In this document: positions 37,080 through 49,669 of the stretch, piece by piece
How positions within the stretch are numbered: the first letter of the stretch is position 1
How the letters are laid out: every line of letters begins with the position of its first letter
Assembly (NCBI GenBank): GCA_028534125.1
Contig: CM052816.1
Coordinates: 67,210,001-67,274,000, forward strand
Origin: Lama glama
Taxonomy: Eukaryota
DNA length: 64,000 bases
Direction: 5' to 3'
The notes under the pieces: generated by a model
What the model was told of the DNA's origin: nothing
Database searches by the model: none
Seen by the model: only the letters and a program-made list of their open reading frames with translations
Made by a program: the position numbers and the translations under genes

Positions 37080-37855
37080 CAGATAGCTTATGAACTTATG
37101 AACTAGTACAAGCCCAGGCTCATTAAGGACAAGTCATACCTTCTGACGGGGTCACTAAAATGGCAGGCTGGGGAAATTCTGGAGGCAAAGAGCATCTGAG
37201 TTCAACACCACATCAGAAATATCAGTCTTACTATTCTTAAATTCACAATGAATAGATGTGGTTAGTCAAAAACATGTTCCTAAAGAGAGTTGACTAGTAG
37301 ATATCTGTCAAATAAAAAGGAGGTCATGAGTGACACAAAGCTCTCAGTTAGTTCTCGTCCGTTCTATCGATTAGGATGAAACACACTTCTCAAACACAAA
37401 GATATCACGAAGTTTGGAGGTATCACAAATAGAAAGAATCAGAGAACCAACATTTGAAAATAACTTTGAATAGGCTAGAATAATGTATCCGAACTCACAG
37501 GATAAAACTTAATGGAATAAATGAAAGATGTTGCACCTAAGTTTAAAAAAAAAAAGGAATCAATTCCAGAATACAGAATTGCCTTGAAAACAGTTCATGT
37601 GAAAAAGACTTCAGGGCTGGAGTGGATGACAAGCTCAAAGTAAGTCCACATCATGAAGCTTGCTGCCAAAAGAGCTAGTGCAGTCCTAGGCTGCATTTTT
37701 AAAATGTAGCTATCATTCCCCTGAACTCTGATCACACCCAGAGCTGGATTTATTGGGATCTACAACACATTTTAGAGGTGCATTAGAGTGTATACAAGAG
37801 GAGGCCAACCAGTATCATGAGGGGGTCTAGAAACCACATCAGGAAGCAAAGTTGA
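37080..37855 (+). mobile_element. L3/CR1 LINE RT and 3' region relic
   Basis: AAGGACAAGTCATAC...GGGTCACTAAAATGGCAG; AACAGTTCATGTGAAAAAGACTT; CCTAGGCTGCATT; GGTCTAGAAACCAC, all resembling the L3 consensus as recalled. Confidence 0.75.
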
Positions 37856-37859
37856 TGGG

Positions 37860-38395
37860 ACCTATAATTCCAATGCCCCAAAACTTAACTTAGTCCTCTC
37901 CCTTCACCCTATCAGTTTCTCTTCCAATTGGTGCCATATTGGCTAAATGACATGATCTACTCATCCTTCCTCCCAACCAAGAAACCTATAAATCACCCCC
38001 AAACACCCATCCCACGATTGACAATCCCTCAGTCCTGACAATTTCTATCATAAATTCACTCATCTTTCCATTCACCGTGACTTTTTTGGTTTTAACATCC
38101 ATTACTTGGATTATTGTAGAAGCCTCCCAACAGGTCTTGTTTCAGTCTTGTGTCATTTTAATCCACCTTCATCACTATAAGCAGCATAATAATTTTAGAA
38201 ATATGCAAATATAAATGTGTTCCTCTGCTTTAAACCCCAATGTCTACAAAATAAAGTCCAAACTCCCAAGCTTGGCCTCCAAGGCCACCCATCCTCTGAA
38301 CTTCTTTTCATGGGCAACCTCACCTCCTGTGGCTCCTCTCTGTATACTCTAAACTCCAAACATACCAAGCTCTTTGCACTTCCCATGGATTGATC
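37860..38395 (+). mobile_element. L2 fragment
   Basis: TTGGATTATTGTAGAAGCCTCCCAACAGGTCT...AAAATAAAGTCCAAACTCC sense L2 pattern. Confidence 0.75.
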
Positions 38396-38399
38396 AGCA

Positions 38400-38730
38400 C
38401 TGTAAATCAGTTCCACTCTTAGAGGAGTGAGTCTGCAGTATATAGTGCAGGTCAAATGGGTAAAATAGGAACCATGGCTCTTGGGAGTGGGCTCAGTGTC
38501 CTGCTGCTGGTTTTCCAAACCCAAGACCTCATTCATTCAGAGGCCACAATCCCTGAGAGCTGCTCTCAGCCTGAGCAGGGAAGGGTACCAAGGAAGACCC
38601 ATCCCAAAGGGATGCAGCACTTCTCTGAGGGCAACTTTAGCTTAAACTCTCCCCATCAGCCTGCCTGAAACTTTTTTGGAACTGTGATGCAGTAAGAGGC
38701 CCTTCCTACCCAATCATCCTACTCACCCAT
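38400..38730 (+). mobile_element. ERVL LTR (LTR16-like)
   Basis: GAGGCCACAATCCCTGAGAGCTGCTCTCAGCC...TCTCTGAGGGCAACTTTAGCT...CCTTCCTACCCAATC. Confidence 0.65.
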
Positions 38731-39699
38731 CAACACCCAGTCCCAGATGCATCTCTTCTGTGAAGGCTTCTTTGATCTACCTATAAATATGCACTTGGTC
38801 CCTCTATTGGGACACTTCCCTAGATCCTCCATTGTGATGTTTTTCTTAGTCAACACTAAATCTTAACCTATTGCTTTGGCATACAGCAGGTGTTCAAAAC
38901 CGTTAGTTGAAATAAACAAGAGTTATTTAATCTACAAAATATAAGACTTAATAAGGACATCACTACTTTCATATTTGAAGCATGTAACCAGAAAATCACA
39001 TCAGGTAGTATCTCAGACTGAGAGTGTCTGAGTACTTTTGAATGATATGAAGGACAAAATGGGGTAGGGTGGGGAGAAGCCTTCATTTAAAAAAAAAATT
39101 AAAGGATCAAATATAGGTGATTACTCTTTTCCCCCACCATAAAATTACTGTGGCTTGAAAGTACTTTTAAAGCATAGCAACAATATAGATCTGCTCTGAG
39201 CTGGCAGTCAGGTCTCTGAAGACAAAGCTCTTTTTCACCGGGTACCTGTAGCAGTGGTCTATGAAGGCAGCACTTTTGTTTTTGAGGCTATCTTAGAAAC
39301 ATGGTTTTAAAGTATCATTTCTCTTCTGATAGCATTAATCCTAAAACATTAATTCTCATTTCAGCACTCTTCTCTCTGACACTAATCCTGGGCCCAGCGT
39401 GGACCATTCCTTAAACTTAAATCCATAACATATGAAGCAGACATCGATCTTAATCCTCTGCTCAAAGTCTCTAAGAAAATGTAATAGCTTGATTCATTGA
39501 AATATTTTCTCAGGTGAAATATTTTCTTGTTTCGGGGAGTGCTGCCCATCTCTGCTTCATTTCTGTTTAGACAGAGCCTTTGTGAAATTTTTTAACTCAC
39601 TCTAGTAACAACCCTTTTCCTACATACCTTGGTGTGTTTCCTACTAGGCAAATTTAGGCTCCACTGTGAAAAATTTCTGCAGCATCTATATCCTAATGT

Positions 39700-39930
39700 C
39701 TCCCCAAGATGGTAACATCCCCATTACATGCAAAACATCGAGTTGAAACATAAAGTATCTACTCTATATTTCAGTCACCTTCAGTTATCTTTCATAGCCC
39801 TATGTTTGTGTGATTGTTTTATTTGTTTTCTGCCACATGTCCCATAAGGTTAGGAAAGGTTTCTGTCTGTTTTGCTCAATTCCTAGCACCATGATCAGCT
39901 CTCAGTAAATATTTATAGAGTGAATGAAAG
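39700..39930 (+). mobile_element. L2 3' end
   Basis: TCCTAGCACC...CTCAGTAAATATTTATAGAGTGAATGAA. Confidence 0.7.
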
Positions 39931-40107
39931 TTCTAGAGAAGAGAAACATTGTTAACTCTCCAAACTGAGATAGGAAATGAAACACGAGAGTCTATGAAAT
40001 CAGATGTGATCTATGCCCCATTCTATTTCTCCCACAGAAATATCAACATCATCATTTTGAGGAAATGAGGAGGCAGAGTGAGGGCAAAACTAAAATAAGT
40101 CAGACTA

Positions 40108-40590
40108 GGTAGTGGGCTGAATAATGCCCCACCCCCAATATCCCGATCCTAATCCCTGGAATCTGTGACTGTTACTGGATTTTGCAGATGTGATTAAGTT
40201 AAGGCTCTTGAGATGGAGACATTATCCTGGATTACCTAGGACCCTACCCAGAAGGGTCCATCTAAGAGGGAGGTAGAGCAAGATTTCACAGAGACAAAAG
40301 AGAGAAAGGGATGTGATAACAAAGCAAAGACATGCTACACTGATGGTTTTTAAGACAGAAGAAGAGTCCATAAGCAAAATAATGCAAAGCATGAAGCTCT
40401 CGGACCTGGAAGAGGCAAGGAAACAGATTCTCCTCAAGTCTCCAATGGAGTGTAGCCCAGCCAATCCTCGGTTTTAGTCTCGTGAAACTGATTAGGACTT
40501 CTAACCTCCAGAATTATAAGAAAATAAATGCATGTTGTTAAGTCACTAAGTTTGCAGTGACTTATTATAGGACCATAGGAAACTAATACA
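40108..40590 (+). mobile_element. MaLR solo LTR (MLT1C/D-like)
   Basis: GGCTGAATAATGCCCC...TTTGCAGATGTGATTAAGTTAAGG...GGAAACTAATACA. Confidence 0.9.
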
Positions 40591-40619
40591 GATATAAGTA
40601 CCGTCTCTTGGCAGTGTCT

Positions 40620-40850
40620 ATAACATCGAGGACTGTGAATAGTTATCAAGGCTTACTATGACCCAGGCTCTTTCATCAGTCCTTTATGTGCATTGGTGCT
40701 TTTGAACCTCATATAGTATCTATAAGAGAATTACTATTCAGACTTCCAGTTTATGGGTATGAAAACTGTGTCACACAATTAGAACAGCACAGAGCTGGAA
40801 TGTAGAGCAAAGCAGCCCACAGTCCTGAGTTTGCTCACCTGATCTCTATC
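40620..40850 (-). mobile_element. MIR
   Basis: GGCTTACTATGACCCAGGC...GAAAACTGTGTCACAC...AGAGCTGGAATGTAGA. Confidence 0.6.
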
Positions 40851-41099
40851 CTTTAATGTCTCCTATTCACATGGCTCTTGTATTTTGATGTTTCGGGGAT
40901 GAGGAGCTGTGATGGGCCACACCGTTACAACATATTGAGCCTATTACCATTATATCACGTGCTTCAGAGGATGGTTTCAAATATTCCCTGCTTAACAGTT
41001 GGAAAGACTGAGTCATCAAGAGATTAAGGGTGCTCAACAAGCCTGTGGCAGAACTGGGGACAGAGCAGCTGCTGGATGGCTGGCGCTGCTCAAGCGATG

Positions 41100-41330
41100 A
41101 CATCACACTTAATGTACTTTCAACTCTTCAAAGCACCTTCACGCCTTTCATCTCTGTTGAGCCTCTCAATAATTCTACAAGGTGAGTAAAACGAGTATTA
41201 TGGCCTTCATTTTAAAGATGAAAAACTGAAACACAGAGGTAGAACAGAGTTCACACATTTGCTCTGCTAGTTTATATGATAGCAAGAAAAGGGTTCAGGG
41301 TTCCTGTCTACAGCCATGAGCTCTCTCCAC
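41100..41330 (-). mobile_element. MIR
   Basis: CATTTTAAAGATGAAAAACTGAAACACAGAG core. Confidence 0.7.
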
Positions 41331-41429
41331 CCATCCACACTTGACCATCTCATAAATGGTCCAGCACCCTTTTCTGGGCTATTCTGTAAATAACTTCAAA
41401 AACTCACCACTGGGATGGGTCTTCACTAG

Positions 41430-41735
41430 TCCTGTGATATTCAATGTGGGAGACAGTAGCCACTCACTACATATGACTACTGAATATTTGAAATGTGGCT
41501 AGTTAAAATTGAGATGTGTTGTAAGTGTAAAATGCACATTGGATTTTGAAGACTTAGCAAAAGAGAATATAAAATATCTTTTTAATATTTTTAATTTTGA
41601 CCTGTATTTACATAGTATTTTGAGTGTATCTGATTAAATAGAATATATATTTTAAATTAATTCCACCTCCTTTTTTTTACTTTCCTGTGACTTGAAAGTG
41701 TAAAATTAAATATATGGCCCATATTTCACAGCTCT
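41430..41735. mobile_element. MER33-like hAT-Charlie element
   Basis: TTGAAATGTGGCTAGT...TGAGATGTGTTGTAAGTGTAAAATGCACATTGGATTTTGAAGACTTAG. Confidence 0.8.
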
Positions 41736-41814
41736 AGATTTTAATTTTACCACAACCAGTGCAGAAAACAGTCCCTTCCCAGCATCCATAAGACAACATC
41801 AAAGTAAAGAATAT

Positions 41815-42110
41815 TGCGTTCCCTAATGTGGGAGGCCCTCATTCAATAAGTGGAAGGCCTGAGTAGAACAGAGGCCAACCGTCCCACAGATAAGGGGAAC
41901 TCCTCCGACCTGACTGCATGTGCTGGGACACTGGTCTCTTCTAGCCTCTGGTCTTAGAAACAGTAGCTGTTCTTGGGTCTTGCTGACTGCAGATCTTGGA
42001 ACTTGTCAGCCTCCATAATCATGTAAAACAATCCCTTATAATAAGTATTTGTAACTCCTTATAGTACACACTATTGGTTCTGTTTCTCTGGAGAACCCTG
42101 GCTGATACAC
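41815..42110 (+). mobile_element. ERVL LTR (MLT2-like), 3' portion
   Basis: GTCAGCCTCCATAATCATGT...CTATTGGTTCTGTTTCTCTGGAGAACCCTGGCTGATACA. Confidence 0.85.
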
Positions 42111-42882
42111 AGGTCTGTAAAAACTGCCATACAAGATACTTTGATAAGTGAAAAAATTTAAAGGAAAGAAAAGTCATATGAAGAAAGGGAGAGAGAGGGG
42201 GAGAAGCAGAAAAGGAAAAGAAATGAAAAACAAGAGTGAAAACAAGACCTTTATCCATACAGTCTTTTTTGCATACAGTTTCTCTAGAAAATAGACATGA
42301 CGATGATGTCAGGAGTGGGAAATTAGGGCTCTGAGCAATGGGTGGGTAGAAAACGCAGTTTTTACATTATGCCTTTTGGTAGCCTTTAGCTGTTTTTCTT
42401 TGAATGTGTGTTTTCCATTCAAATAAACACATTTGGAATAAAAAATTAAAATGCTTTGACTAAAAATGCATGTCAAAAAGTTAAGAACAGATATTTTAAG
42501 GAAGACTCTTCAGTTTATGAGCTTGAACAGGGAGTAGCTGGCCAGAGTTTTGTAGCATGAAGTGATATTTGGTGCATGGAGTGATTATTTAAGACAAGGA
42601 ACTTAAGGCTCACTTGACATTTGGAAGGACATTAGCAGTGCCTGATCTGGAGGGCTGAAGGGAGGGCACCTTCTTCCCAGACCACCTTCTTCCCAGAATC
42701 ACACCCCACCTCCAGGCTTACTCCTACTCACTTCTCTACAGGCAGGTGGATGGCAGAGGGGCACAAGGCAGAGCTACGCTGCAGACAGGACCATGAGCCC
42801 CTTTCCCTACCCCTCAGCCAAATGTGACGTAAGTCCCCAGGAGGGTAGCTTCAGACACAGGCATCCTCTCCTCCCCCACACA

Positions 42883-43610
42883 TACAGTGACAGCCATTAT
42901 GGAAAACAGTATAGAGATTCCTTAAAACACTATTAGACTTACCATATGATCCAGCAATCTCATTCCTGAGCATATATCTGGAGGAAACTCTAATTTAGGA
43001 AGATACATGCACCCCAATGTTCATAGCAACACTATTTACAATAGCCAAGACATGGAAACAACCTAAATGTCCATCAACAGATGAATGGACAAAGAAGTTG
43101 TGGCATGTATATATTACTCAGCCATAAGAAAAGAATAATAATGCCATTTGCAGCAACATGGATGGACCTGGAGATTATCGTTCTAAATGAAGTAAGCCAG
43201 AGAGAGAAAGAAAAATACCATATGATATCACTTACATGTGGAATTCAAAAAAAAAAACAAAAACACACACACACACACACACAAATGAACTTATTTACAG
43301 AAACAGAAAACAGAAACAGTCTCACAGACATAGCAAACAAACTTATGGTTACCAGCAGGGGAAAGGGGTGGGAAGGGATAAATTGAGAGTTCAAGATTTG
43401 CAGATACTAACTACTATATTTTAAACAGATAAACAAGTTTATACTGTATAGCACAGGGGACTATATTCAATATCTTACAGTAACCTATAATGAAAAGGAA
43501 TATATGTATGTGTATGTATGACTGAAACATTATGCTGTACACCAGAAATGGACATAACATTCCAAACTGACTATATTTCAATTTAAAAAGTTAAAAATTT
43601 TTTTAAAAAT
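42883..43610 (+). mobile_element. Young cetartiodactyl-type L1: ORF2 end and 3' UTR
   Basis: ORF 43081-43386 includes MPFAATWMDLEIIVLNEVSQ (L1 ORF2p C-terminus). The 3' UTR matches 8283-8686. Confidence 0.92.
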
Positions 43611-44029
43611 TGGGCATTCACTGCTTTTTCAAAAACCTTTCCTTGCACATACAAAGTTTTCAAATCTAGTTCAGTGACACAGTTTTAGAAAACATTCCTT
43701 CACATGCCAGTTTACCTCCTGAAGAAATCCATTTTCTCCATTCCACAGGCAGGAAATGACAGTGTTGACCATCCATGCCCTAATTTATGAACGTGCATTC
43801 TAAATTGTTCAGTGATTCGCTACTAGCCTACGGACCTTTCTCATCCACCATCTACTGTGATCAGTAGAGATTGAGGAACTATAATCACAAGGGTGGAGGT
43901 TAGGAATACATGCTGAGTGATCATCCAGATCCTCAGATATTTCAGGAGAAAAGTTCCTGTTTTTCTTGGAGGAAGAAAGAGGAAGCATTATTTCCGCTGT
44001 TCTCATCACAGAGGACATAGTTTAGACAT

Positions 44030-44175
44030 TCCTTATTAGCTCTTTGCCTATAGATATGTAACCTAATGGCTCTCAATTTGTTACTCTGTCTGCGAAAAGA
44101 ATAATGATCCCTTTCTCATAGGATAGTGATAAGGACTAAATGAGAGAATATATGGGAAAGCAGTTCATGCTCTGT
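44030..44175 (+). mobile_element. MIR fragment
   Basis: TCTCATAGGATAGTGATAAGGACTAAATGAGAGAATATATG. Confidence 0.6.
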
Positions 44176-44454
44176 CAGTCCCTGAATTTCATTTCCGCTC
44201 TCCTTAGAAGAACTGCAGATACCTGGTACAGCATTCTGCATACAGAAAACAAGTGATACCTTCTCAATTCAGGAATAGCCACACATGCCTTTCACGTTGT
44301 CTCTGTATTTCAGCCAAACTCTAACTCACACACTTTCTTCTAGTGTCGTCGGGAAACTAACAGGATAGAGAATCACTATGCATGGTGCCTGCTAGGTCCC
44401 CAACCTGCAGTTTCTGGGAAATGCTGCAGCAAAGGAGAGCCTCGGTTATATCAG

Positions 44455-44660
44455 CCAGTGCCCAGGCAGTGGCTGAGCACTTCACATGCTTTGACCCTTC
44501 ATTCTCTCAATAATCCTGACATGGGTATTATTATTTTCCACCATTTTGCTGATAAAGAAATTGAAGCACAGAGGGGTATTTTGCCCCAGGTCACCGAGCC
44601 AATATGTTGGGACCAGAACTAACAAAATACATGCGCTTAATCACTAGGTTAAACTGCCCT
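44455..44660 (-). mobile_element. MIR
   Basis: CCATTTTGCTGATAAAGAAATTGAAGCACAGAGGGG...TTGCCCCAGGTCAC. Confidence 0.75.
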
Positions 44661-45784
44661 GGAGAAGTCTGAAGCACCTTCAGCCTGAAGGCAGGAAGAT
44701 GAGAAGGCCAGTATTTAAGGTCAGGAAGGAAACATCCCTTTATCCCCTTTTCAATCCCGCCTTTAATGTGAGTCTAACTTTTAATTCCACCTTTGCCCAA
44801 TTTTCTAACCTGTTGGCTGTATTCTCCCTGAATCCTTGATTCCTTAATTTAAATTAGGGTTTTGTTTTTAAATGTTTGACCTGGGTCTCCTTTTCCCAGA
44901 TTTTCTCTCCACTTGTGCTCTCAGTACTTGCCTTTCCCTATTCACTGTGCTCCATCCCCTTCCAGGCTCCTAACGCTCAATTCTGCTCAAGTTTCATGGG
45001 TCTAGTCACCCTCCCCCAGTTCATCTCTGGGTTCTTGACCTTCATGACTTTCTTACTGCAGTCCCTCTGCCTAGAATAGCCTTCCTCCTCCTCCTCCTCT
45101 CCAATGCACCCTTCAATATATATAGTGAATCCCACTCCTGCATGAAGCCTTCCTCTTCTGTTCACTCCAGTGAGGAGAGATGTCATCCCTCTGGATATCC
45201 ATGGTCTGCATAACTTATGACACACCTTCTGCAAACACTCATTGCGTATCTTCTCTATTTTGAAATATCCCACCTCACCTAACACAATGCCTTGTATACC
45301 ACCAACACCTGGTAAGCTGTGGCCAACAGTGGTGTTCAAATCAAGCATGTCAGCTGACCCAGCCATATCCACTGTGTCACCTGTGGGTCGATTAAAGGCT
45401 CACTATAAAATTAACATCCATAAACCTGTATCTATATATGATCATTCTTGCTGCCAGCAAAAATCAATACAACTACATTGCGCATGCAGTTGGGCAAGAG
45501 AGCTATTGCTCACACAGAGACTGAAGAGAAGGAAATATGCAGAACTAGGAGGAGAAGGAGGAGGCTACCCCAAAGAGGGAGGGTAGCCACACTGCAACGC
45601 TGCAACAGTAAGGCGGCAAGTTGGAGGGTGGAATCTTAAACAAACATTCCTCACCCCAAGGACTATTCAAAAAGAGAAGAAAGGTTTAAAAACACACTCC
45701 GAGAAAGTAAGTGCTATGAGATAAAAATAGAAGTATTTATCATACATTTCATTCAGACCAAAATCAAGTTTTATGGTACTCTAA

Positions 45785-45958
45785 AATCATGGATCTCCAC
45801 CATGGCTGCAACATTGGAAACCCCCGAAAATCTGTAAAAATACTGATGCCTGGGTCCTACCCTAGATTTCCTTACTTAGTTGGTTTGGGGTGTGCCCTGG
45901 GCTTTGGACTTTTAAAAATCTCCCATTAATATCTGCTTTGAAGCCAAAGTTGAGAGTG
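45785..45958. mobile_element. MER5A1-like hAT MITE
   Basis: TGGCTGCAACATTGGAA...AAAAATACTGATGCCTGGGTCC...AGCCAAAGTTGAGA. Confidence 0.75.
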
Positions 45959-46909
45959 TTTATCTATGGTAATGTTTATCAGGTAGATCTTATGAATAAA
46001 CGTGTTGATTGGTAAAAACTACTAAAAAAAAAATCTGAGGATGCACTGAAAAAATACACTAGTAAATTTAATATTATTTAAATTCCTGCTGCATGTTCTG
46101 AGAGAGTTATAAAATCACATCCATTTTTCATTTGCTTTTATTTACTTTCTGATTCACAATTATATATTTATACTATTCTAGAGAATAAAAAGTCAGGGTT
46201 TTGTTTGTCTATATTATTTTGTTTGTTTTTGCTAATCATATCTAAATAAGAGGAGTTTTTATTTCTGATTAAAAATAAGTCAAAACAATTGAATGTGAAG
46301 CCAACTGCTGCTTTCCAAATTCACCAGACCGTTGCTAACTCACCAAAGTCAGGAAGCAATAATAATTCCTTCTCTTTATAGAATGCTTTTTCTCCCCGGG
46401 AAACTTCAAAGCTCTCTGCTGACACTTGGGCTCTGCAGCTGCCAGGAAAGAAATGTGGCTCCACTTATCTCAAAGGGAAAGTCAGAAGCACATGGGGAAC
46501 CGCTGACCCACAGCAGGCAAGCCCACCCCAACCCCCCACTGCCTCCACTTTATCAGAGACCACATCCAAAGCTCTGGTTTGGGGGCAAGGAAACAGGAGT
46601 AGCAACAGCAGTACCAAGCTACTCCCATCCTCACCCACTCAGAAAAGAGTGCTAAGGACAGCAGTGACCAGATGCAATGTTGTGACTCGCATTGTCAGAA
46701 ATCATGTCAGACACCAGAATGAATGTAATAAAACAGTCAAAGTCATGCCACTCTTCACTGTTGGAAAAACTGCCTTGGGCTAATGAACACTGCAACAAGA
46801 AAACAGTTGCTGTATAAACAGGAAAAAAAAAAACAAACTTTGAACCCTGATATCTTCCTGGCATGCTTATTTTCTCATACTCAACCTTGTCCCTTTAGAT
46901 AAAATAGAG

Positions 46910-47030
46910 TAACCATTATTTACTGAACACCTAATAAGTGTGAGGCATGTCAGTTTTATTTTTGTGAATCCTCGCGCCATCTTGAGAGGTATTATTATCC
47001 ATTATTCTATAAATGATGACACTAAGTTTC
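46910..47030 (-). mobile_element. MIR fragment
   Basis: ATTTACTGAACACCTA...GAGGTATTATTATCCATTATTCTATAAATGA. Confidence 0.6.
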
Positions 47031-48879
47031 AAAAATATTTCATTTTTTAAATCAATACTAGATATCTAAGGACGAAATGTTTCTAATAGTTCTGTAATCA
47101 TCAGTTTGCCCTGGGAGAAATAACTTCACAGCTGCTCAATGTGGTGACACCACAGGGGTCATCTCCATCTTGTAGACCCAGGTCAGTTTGATTCCAACTC
47201 AATTACTAGCAATGCACCTTCCTCCAACTTCAATGGGTACTAAGAACCTCTAGTTCTTTGCATACAAAGAAATGGATATAGGCAGAGTTCAGTCCATTTC
47301 TGCTTTCGGTCTCTCCATCACTAGTTTTGGTCTCAGCTAAAAGTTGAATAAAAAGAGGCGAATTTGAAAATATAAACCAGCCCTCACCTAATGAGCTAGC
47401 TGAGAACAGTGTTAAGAGTGCACCCAAGTGAAACCAAGCAGAGGCTGGATTTGCCAGATGAGACTGAGACTTGCAGATACTGACTCTCTCACCCAAGAAC
47501 ACATAATGAGTTGCTGAGTCAAGAGCCAGGTTATAAACTTGAATCTTTCTGCTCCTGCTGCTCATGCTCTTTGTACAGAAACCCACTATATCTGCATTCA
47601 CAATGGCTCTTCTAGGCTTAGTCAACCTGTGAGCCCAGGCACTCAGTAGGACTCTCCAATGTGGTGTCATAATTAAGCTTTCATTTTATCATTTGCCTCT
47701 AGGTTTACTGAACACCTGATATGTTGATTTACATGGGAGCAGGAGTTGTTTCTGGAATGACATGTTCTTACCAGTAGGAAGAGGTTAAAATTCTTTATCT
47801 AGGGGGCACCCTGGACCTCACAGATTTCTCACACAATGGGCTGCTGGCCATCAGCAACTCCCTGTGCCATCACCCTACTTGTGGGGTAGAATGTCTCAGG
47901 GCCATTCTGTGTCTGTGCTGTTTCATGCCATTTATGATGCTAGATATATTTTGTGAATAGAAATTATCCAGGCCTATAAGTTTTATTTCTGCCATTACTG
48001 GACCTAAGATGACTTATGAAGAGGCTGTGTGTGATCAGTATAAATTATAGAAAGATGGCCAGCCACAGGGAAATTGTGGGCAGTGGTGCTTTTTCTGTCA
48101 AATTTGCATAGTTTTATCCTATACATTGAACAGCAGCCCATTGTTCTGAGGAGGGAGAGCTCTCCTCCATGTTGGAATTTCCAGAAAAACTTCAAAATAC
48201 AGCTAGCTTCTAAGGCTGGGTGCATAACATAGTATCAAAGAAAGTGCAAGATGGTCTCCAGTGGATGGAGTGGTGTGTGGAATGGGAAAGATACAACAGA
48301 AAATGTAGAGATAGGATATACAAAGTGCATGACTTGAGCATATGCGTAAGTAGCCTGCCCTGGCTGGAAGAAGGGAATGATGAAAGCTTGAACTTGATCA
48401 GTTCTTGTATCTGTTGAGAAAACATCCTTTTCCTTTGGGAATGAGTCCCAGAAAGCTAGCCCAGGCCCCTCAGTGCTTTGGAAGACCAGTGAATGTTACA
48501 CACTGATTCTCACTTAAATGTCCCTACTGATGTGAGCACTGATGCCCATATTTGATGAGAAATCCTTGAAGGCCAGGGTACCCTCTTTCTGATTCCTTTT
48601 AGAATGTTCCCATGTTACACACCACTCCCACGTGAGGGTCCTAAGGATGCTGATTGCAGAGCCAAGATGTAGGCAGCTAGATGCCTCTTCACCTTCAACT
48701 CCACACATGACCATGATGACTCGCTGGAGAAATTCTCAGTTTTCAAGATGTGAGCAATGTCAGTAACTGTTGGAAAAGGAGCAAGTTTGAAAATCAAGTC
48801 AGGACCCGGGCACTCTACTGCTCTACCTTTGTGACTTCAGGTCTGGTAAAGGAGAGCAACCAACATGGTGTGAATTCCT

Positions 48880-49075
48880 CACCCATATCAAGCATGCACT
48901 TCGTGCTTTACACACATTATTTATTTAATCCTCTCCACAAGCATGTACATGCTGTTTATCCCCACTTTATAGATTAGAAAATTGAGACTCTGCAAACTCA
49001 CAGAAGATTAAACAGTAAATTGTCGAGCTAGGATTCACATCCAAGTTTTTCTAACTTCAAAACCAATGTTCTTTT
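48880..49075 (-). mobile_element. MIR
   Basis: GTGCTTTACACACATTATTTATTTAATCCTC...CCCCACTTTATAGATTAGAAAATTGAGACTC. Confidence 0.75.
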
Positions 49076-49219
49076 TTCAAATTGCTTTTCTGTTTCAAAT
49101 ATTAAGACCCCTCTCTATGTTTTTCACCCCTGTTAGCTCTAAAAAACTAACCAAATAAATAAAATAATATTATTCTGATTCTAGATAGAGTCATGAGAGT
49201 TGACTTTCACTCTGTGATT

Positions 49220-49322
49220 TATTATTTTATTTTATTTTTTACTGAGATATAAGTGACACATAACATTAAATTAGCTTCACATATAAAACATAATGGTTTC
49301 ATATGTATATATGTTGCAAAAA
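49220..49322 (-). mobile_element. Short L1 3' end
   Basis: T-rich tail followed by TGAGATATAAGTGACACATAACATT...TATATATGTTGCAAAA. Confidence 0.7.
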
Positions 49323-49669
49323 TTGTCAAGTTCTAATAGGAAAAAAAACTGCATCCACATGCCTTATGAAATGTTACCAAAGGAGATCAAATAAATGAAA
49401 GCATATTCAACTCATCAAATATTGCAATAAAATTTTAATAGAAATGTTTACTTTCCCCCTAATACCTTTGACATTTCAAGAAACGGGAAGTACAAGGTGC
49501 CCCATGAATATGTAAATATCTAAATTATTCTGAAACAACTAATACATTGTCAATCCAGAATTCATTATGGGTTTTTTTGTCTGCAAAAAGTATATTTAAA
49601 GGAGGTACTCTAGAATCTTAATTTTTCTCTGTGTGTGTGTATATACAGACACAAAGAGACGTAGAGAAA

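Noticed and set aside
46635..46809. Minus-strand segment with a strong acceptor and TGG|GTGAGG donor
   Set aside because: Stops in all three frames, so not a coding exon; no independent support as a non-coding exon.
47230..47670. 146-aa minus-strand ORF
   Set aside because: No recognisable domain or splice context.
48603..48749. 147-nt plus-strand exon-like segment with one open frame
   Set aside because: Peptide not recognised and no neighbouring coding exons; pseudo-exons like this are common.
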